Shown: positions 27,225 through 32,000 of the stretch, one piece after another
Layout of the letters: each line of letters starts with the position of its first letter
Numbering within the stretch: position 1 is the stretch's first letter
Sequence record: CM063639.1
Reading direction: 5' to 3' (one strand)
Length of the DNA stretch: 32,000 nucleotides
The notes under the pieces: generated by a model
Database searches by the model: none
The model's input: the letters and a program-made list of their open reading frames with translations, nothing else
What the model was told of the DNA's origin: nothing
Program-made: the position numbers and the translations under genes

Positions 27225-27296
27225 GCGGGTATAGCTCAGTGGTAGAGCATCTCCTTGCCAAGGAGAATGTCGCGCGTTCGAATCGCGTTACCCGCT
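27225..27296 (+). tRNA. trnG: tRNA-Gly (GCC)
   Basis: A 72-nt sequence, gcgggtatagctcagtggtagagcatctccttgccaaggagaatgtcgcgcgttcgaatcgcgttacccgct. The anticodon loop is 'ttgccaa'. Confidence 0.95.
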
Positions 27297-27343
27297 AGCT
27301 AATAAAAAAATTTGTACAAGTACTATCAAAGCTAGCCTGTTTG

Positions 27344-27384
27344 CTTTGCTTATATTTCAACTTTGTTGAAATATTAGCAAACGG
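27344..27384. repeat. SDR-E copy, followed by SDR-B (27385-27422)
   Basis: 'ctttgcttatatttcaactttgttgaaatattagcaaacgg'. Confidence 0.8.
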
Positions 27385-27755
27385 AAGTAAGATAAAAAAG
27401 TTTTGTCCAACAAAGGCAAACTTGTTGCAAAGTTTTTTATTGGCAAGCCTAAAAATAATTTTGCTCCTAAAAAAAAAAGTTCTCCAAACCCTTGCTAGTA
27501 ATTCATTTTGTTAAATTATGAGCAAGGCAAAAGGTTAGGCAAACAATTTTTAAAATGAATTATATCGCACTAGACATAACTATTAATTATTGATTTATGT
27601 TAACAACATAAAAATTATAAGTGAATTTAAAATTATATGAAATTTCCTAAATAAAATTAAAATGTATTTACAATAATTTTTTAGTATAAAAATTAATTAG
27701 TTATAAATCAATTTATTGACAATACTTATTTTATCAAGGACCAATAAATTTATTA

Positions 27756-27843
27756 GGAGAGATGGCAGAGCGGTTGAATGCATCGGTTTTGAAAACCGAC
27801 GTAGTTTCAAAAACTACCGAGGGTTCGAATCCCTCTCTTTCCT
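27756..27843 (+). tRNA. trnS: tRNA-Ser (UGA)
   Basis: An 88-nt sequence with a long variable arm (gtagtttcaaaaactac). The acceptor stem is ggagaga/tctttcc and the anticodon loop is 'tttgaaa'. Confidence 0.94.
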
Positions 27844-28141
27844 TAATTTATAAATTTATTTAAATTTATAAAAATGTGAAATATTTTTTACTTTTTTTTT
27901 TGTTGTTATAAAAACCAATTTTTAATAACAACAAAATACTTGTACAATAAAAAAACTTGTTGTATTTTGCAAGAAGTTTGTAGCACAGCAACTAACAAGT
28001 AAGTTGTAAATAAAATCAAACTTTGTTTGATTTTATCAACAACTTACTCCGTTAGCCTTTGTTAGTACTTATATAAATTTTTTATTATTTTAGCTTGGCA
28101 TAAACTTATATTTCTTAAAAATATATAATATATGATGTAAA

Positions 28142-28708
28142 ATGAACTATAATACGAAATTATCTTTATTCTTTATTAATATAGAAAAAAATATTTCAAA
28201 AAAAATGGTATTTTTTGAAATATATTTTGCAAAAGGTGTTTTTTTTTTATTTTTTGGTTTTTTATTAGGAAATTTGTTTGGAAGTTTTTTAGATATTTTT
28301 CGTAAATTAGTAATATGGGACGGTTTTATTGTATTAATAATTATTTTATTACAAGAATTTATTAGTTATTCCATATATAAGTCAAAAAAACGGACTTTAT
28401 TTTTTTATGTGAAAAATAAAAAAACATATAAATTAAAAAAAAAAAAATTTTTCTTTAATAGAATTACGCAATTAACAAATTTTTTGATTGGAAGCTTTTT
28501 TTATGTGTCAATTTTTCTTAAGAAAATTATTTTAAAGGCGTATACTGTTTTTCCTGAGACAATAAAAAAAAAAATGAGTTATTTTTTTTTTAATGAAAAC
28601 TTAGCTACAAACAAAACTTATCAAATTTACATTCTTAAAAATTTGAATCTTTTTAAAATTGGTATTTTATTAGGGTTTTTTATTGATGCGTTTAAGGTTG
28701 GGTCATAA
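28142..28708 (+). CDS. ycf20: Ycf20 (DUF565) with an internal lysine-rich insertion
   Basis: The N-terminal block is FFGFLLGNLFGSFLD and the C-terminal block is KIGILLGFFIDAFKVGS, which is Ycf20-like. The 188 aa appear longer than the Ycf20 proteins I recall. The start could instead be the internal Met at codon 22. Confidence 0.72.
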   Translation: MNYNTKLSLFFINIEKNISKKMVFFEIYFAKGVFFLFFGFLLGNLFGSFLDIFRKLVIWDGFIVLIIILLQEFISYSIYKSKKRTLFFYVKNKKTYKLKKKKFFFNRITQLTNFLIGSFFYVSIFLKKIILKAYTVFPETIKKKMSYFFFNENLATNKTYQIYILKNLNLFKIGILLGFFIDAFKVGS

Positions 28709-28887
28709 GTATTTATATACATTGAAAATTTATACAAATACTAGCTTATAAAAAAAAAGATTTTTGTATTGACAAGCCCCTAAGAAAACAAGCAGAAGCT
28801 TGTTTTCCCTTTGCTAATAAAAATGAAGTTTTTATAACAAAGCAAGGGGAAGTTTTCCGAACTGTTGCTTTGCTTGTATTTCCCTTT

Positions 28888-28965
28888 GCTAATAAAAACG
28901 TTTTCGAAGAAAACCTGACATACAACAAAGTTGTATGTTTGGAAGTTTTTATAACAAAGCAAGGG
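28888..28965. repeat. SDR-C copy
   Basis: The structure is 'gctaataaaaa' + core 'cgttttcgaagaaaacctgacatacaacaaagttgtatgtttggaag' (28899-28945) + 'tttttataacaaagcaaggg'. Confidence 0.9.
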
Positions 28966-29506
28966 ACAAAGTTGAAATATTAGCAAACGGCAATAAGATA
29001 AAACTTTGTTTTGTCCGACAAAGAAAAACTTGTTGAAAACGTTTGCTTTTTTTTTCTTAAATATGGTATTATTTAATAAATGTCAATCTTACTTCAATTT
29101 TAGAGTTGTATACGTTTTATTAAATATAAAAATTATAGAATTTTTATAAAATTACAAAAAATATAAAGTTTGTTCTAATGTAGAAAATGCATAAAAAAAA
29201 ATTTTTCAACTTATCTTGAAAATATTTACAGGTTAATTATTTGTAATAATTATACAATTATTAAGGCAATGTAATTATTAATTAAAAAGAAATGATAAAA
29301 AAATTTGTACTGAAAACAAATTTAACTATAAATTTTTATTAATTGTAATTTTTTCCACATTTAAATTTATTTAAATAATAATTTTGCCAAAACATTGATT
29401 GAAAATATAAATATTTTCAATCACCAATAAGTTTATAGTTGTACAAATTGGTTAGTCAATCATTATTTATTTTCTAATATCGAAATCATGCTAATTCAAA
29501 CCATAA

Positions 29507-29809
<303 letters not shown>

Positions 29810-30031
29810 TTATCATTGATAAGATCAATCTTGTTAATTATTTAATTCGCAATTTAATCATTAACCAGTTTGTATTTAATTAAATTAATTAACAATTTAT
29901 AAGTTTTTTAATATTTTTATCTATTTTTAAATTATTTATAATTAAATAATAAGAAAACAATTTAATCTTGCAACTAGTTTGTACCGTGGACAAACTAGTT
30001 GCAAAGTTTTTATTATTTAAACGGCAGTTTT

Positions 30032-30056
30032 GCAGGGACGAGCCCCTGCCAAGGGG
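30032..30056. repeat. SDR-G GC hairpin, loop-inverted copy, followed directly by SDR-B (30057-30108)
   Basis: 'gcaggg acgagc ccctgcc aagggg'. The stem and 3' flank match 20582-20607, and the loop is the reverse complement. Confidence 0.85.
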
Positions 30057-30263
30057 CCTTTGTTGGATAAAACGAAGTTTTATCTTACTGCAGGCTTACT
30101 TTGCTAGTCCAATAAAAAAGAGTTTAAAATTATTTTTTAATATTTAAAATACTATTCTATCTATAATTTAAACTAATTAAAATCCGTATAAAATATTTAT
30201 TTTTACTATTTAACATAATTAAATAACAAGATTAAAATTTATAGTTTTTATAATGTAGCATAA

Positions 30264-30334
30264 AGGTGGTACCCAGATTCGAACTGGGGATAAAGGATTT
30301 GCAATCCTCTGCCTTACCGCTTGGCCATACCACC
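30264..30334 (-). tRNA. trnC: tRNA-Cys (GCA)
   Basis: The reverse complement is ggtggtatggccaagcggtaaggcagaggattgcaaatcctttatccccagttcgaatctgggtaccacct, 71 nt. The anticodon loop is 'ttgcaaa'. Confidence 0.95.
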
Positions 30335-30654
30335 TTATAATATGTTTAACTTTATTAGCTAAAATATAATTTATATTTTAGTGTTTATTTGCAATAAACA
30401 CTAATAAAAAAATAATTCATAAAATAATTTTTTATTTAAATAGAAACACAAAATAAAACATATTTATTTTGATAGCAAAACTAAGTATAAAATGTATCTA
30501 TTTTATAGATACAAAAACTGCTTTTCTATTAATCTGGATAAAAATTTATATAAATAAATTATTCATAATATATGATTATGAATATAATTATTCTACTATA
30601 AAATTTCATGGATAAGTCATTCAATAATAGACGAAAAAACAAATTTTTACTTAT

Positions 30655-30706
30655 ACTAGCAAAGCAAGCCTGCAGTAAGATAAAACTTCGTTTTATCCAA
30701 CAAAGG
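30655..30706. repeat. SDR-B copy, exact reverse complement of 3767-3818
   Basis: 'actagcaaagcaagcctgcagtaagataaaacttcgttttatccaacaaagg'. Confidence 0.9.
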
Positions 30707-31080
30707 CAAATCGATTGACAAATCATTTTTTTCTAGTCTATTATTTTTTACAAATTTATTTTTTATACTTATTTTATTTTCATGTAATTATATTTAATTG
30801 AATTAATCACTCAATTTAATCAAAATTATAAGTAATTGTATTATCAATTAAAAATTTTTTTAATTTAAAAAATGATTTTATTCATATTAAAACAAATACT
30901 GTAAATAATCATAATATAATACATTTTTTTTTAAATACTAATTTAATTTGTTATAAACGTATGAATAAAACATTTTTATGTTTTTATTTAATAACGACTT
31001 GTCAATAAATTTATTCCTAACACTTGCACTTTTATTACACAAAACTTCGTTTTATCTTATTATAGGCTTGCTTAACTCTT

Positions 31081-31118
31081 TTGCTAATATTTCAACTTTG
31101 TTGAAATATTAGCAAAGG
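31081..31118. repeat. SDR-E copy (perfect 16-bp stem, loop ttt)
   Basis: 'ttgctaatatttcaac ttt gttgaaatattagcaa'. Confidence 0.85.
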
Positions 31119-31131
31119 TTCATAAAATTTT

Positions 31132-31215
31132 CCCTTGCTTTGTTATAAAAACTTCCAAACATACAACTTTGTTGTATGTCAGGTTTTCTTCGAAAACGTT
31201 TTTATTAGCAAAGGG
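31132..31215. repeat. SDR-C copy, full reverse complement of the 28888-28965 form
   Basis: 'cccttgctttgttataaaaa' + inverted core + 'tttttattagcaaaggg'. Confidence 0.9.
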
Positions 31216-31339
31216 AAAACAAGCAAAGCTTTTTTTCTTAACGACAAGTTTGTATTTGTACAAATGTTGGCAATAATTGACTATACTTTTGATAGCATCA
31301 TATAAAAAATAAAAAAAAATTTATATAAGTTTATACAAA

Positions 31340-32000
31340 ATGACACTTTCCTGTTCTCGGGTTTTTTTTTTAGCTCCATATTTTGTAGAAATGCAACGCA
31401 AAAGTTTTTTAAATTTGTTAAATATTGGATTAATTTATGAATTATCAAAAAGAAATCCAATTTCAGATTTAAATAAGCAATTTCAGCTTATTTTTTATCC
31501 TAACTACTATCAATTAAGCGTACCGGAATATACACCTAAACAAGCAATTTTAAAATCAAAAACATATGCATCAAAATTATATTTACCATTGCAATTAATG
31601 AATTATAAATCAAAAAAATTTCAATTTCAATGGGTTATTATTGGGAATTTACCTTTAATGACAAAACGAGGACATTTTATTGTCAATGGCTCGCCTAGAG
31701 TAATTGTAAATCAGATGGTGCGTAGTCCTGGAATTTATTATCAGCAAGCAATTGATCAAAAAAAAAGAAAAACATATTATGCTGATTTGATTTCTCATCG
31801 AGGAGCTTGGTTACGAATTGAAACAGACAGAAAAAAACGATTGTGGGCAAGAATGAAAAAAAGCCCTAAAATTCCGTTACTAATTTTTCTTCAAGCAGCC
31901 GGAATTACTGAGCATGCCATTAATCAATCAACAAAATACTCAGAATTTATAAAAAATTCTATGGATGAAACAGACGATTATCCGTACCCAGGTACCATTA
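31340..32000 (+). CDS. rpoB: RNA polymerase beta subunit, 5' part (runs off the window)
   Basis: Hand translation gives MTLSCSRVFFLAPYFVEMQRKSFLNLL...GNLPLMTKRGHFIVNGSPRVIVNQMVRSPGIYYQQ...ADLISHRGAWLRIETD. These are conserved RpoB N-terminal blocks. The frame is open to the window end. The exact start is uncertain. Confidence 0.93.
   Translation, partial: MTLSCSRVFFLAPYFVEMQRKSFLNLLNIGLIYELSKRNPISDLNKQFQLIFYPNYYQLSVPEYTPKQAILKSKTYASKLYLPLQLMNYKSKKFQFQWVIIGNLPLMTKRGHFIVNGSPRVIVNQMVRSPGIYYQQAIDQKKRKTYYADLISHRGAWLRIETDRKKRLWARMKKSPKIPLLIFLQAAGITEHAINQSTKYSEFIKNSMDETDDYPYPGTI

Noticed and set aside
28746-28986. ORFs 28746-28928 and 28780-28986 (minus strand)
   Set aside because: They are composed entirely of SDR-H and SDR-C repeat modules.

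Overview
This window is an AT-rich segment of a green-algal (chlorophyte-type) plastid genome. It is not a prokaryotic accessory or defence island. No database search was possible, so all calls rest on reading the ORF track, hand-translating small ORFs and hand-folding tRNAs. The species cannot be assigned. I place 20 protein genes: chlB, psbK, ycf12/psb30, psaM, a ycf47/secG-like ORF, tilS, psbJ-psbL-psbF-psbE, psbZ, a 1688-aa ftsH, an intron-split psbB, the intron's LAGLIDADG ORF, psbT, psbN, psbH, ycf20, psaC and the 5' part of rpoB. Seven of these are short genes missing from the ORF track that I found by translation: psbK, ycf12, psaM, psbJ, psbL, psbF and psbT. psbN and rpoB are also absent from the track. 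I also place 9 tRNAs: Q-UUG, F-GAA, L-CAA, H-GUG, G-UCC, K-UUU, G-GCC, S-UGA and C-GCA. Roughly half the window is spacer filled with families of short dispersed repeats (SDRs), nearly all hairpins with 3-nt loops. The points most worth a second look are these. (1) Paralogous SDR copies keep identical flanks while the loop or a 47-nt core is exactly inverted (flip-flop isomers), with nested insertions and paired stem changes. (2) psbB carries a 1608-nt group I intron with recognisable P/Q/R/S core elements, a two-motif LAGLIDADG ORF with an asymmetric active site, and SDRs inside the intron. (3) SDR copies lie in frame inside tilS and probably ycf20. (4) ftsH has lost the HEXXH zinc site and carries large insertions and an in-frame 27-nt duplication. 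(5) The psbEFLJ and psbB-psbT clusters have unusually large spacers. (6) A ~267-bp, ~96% identical direct repeat pair and a perfect 52-nt inverted pair could drive recombination. I found no CRISPR array, transposase, defence genes or rRNA.
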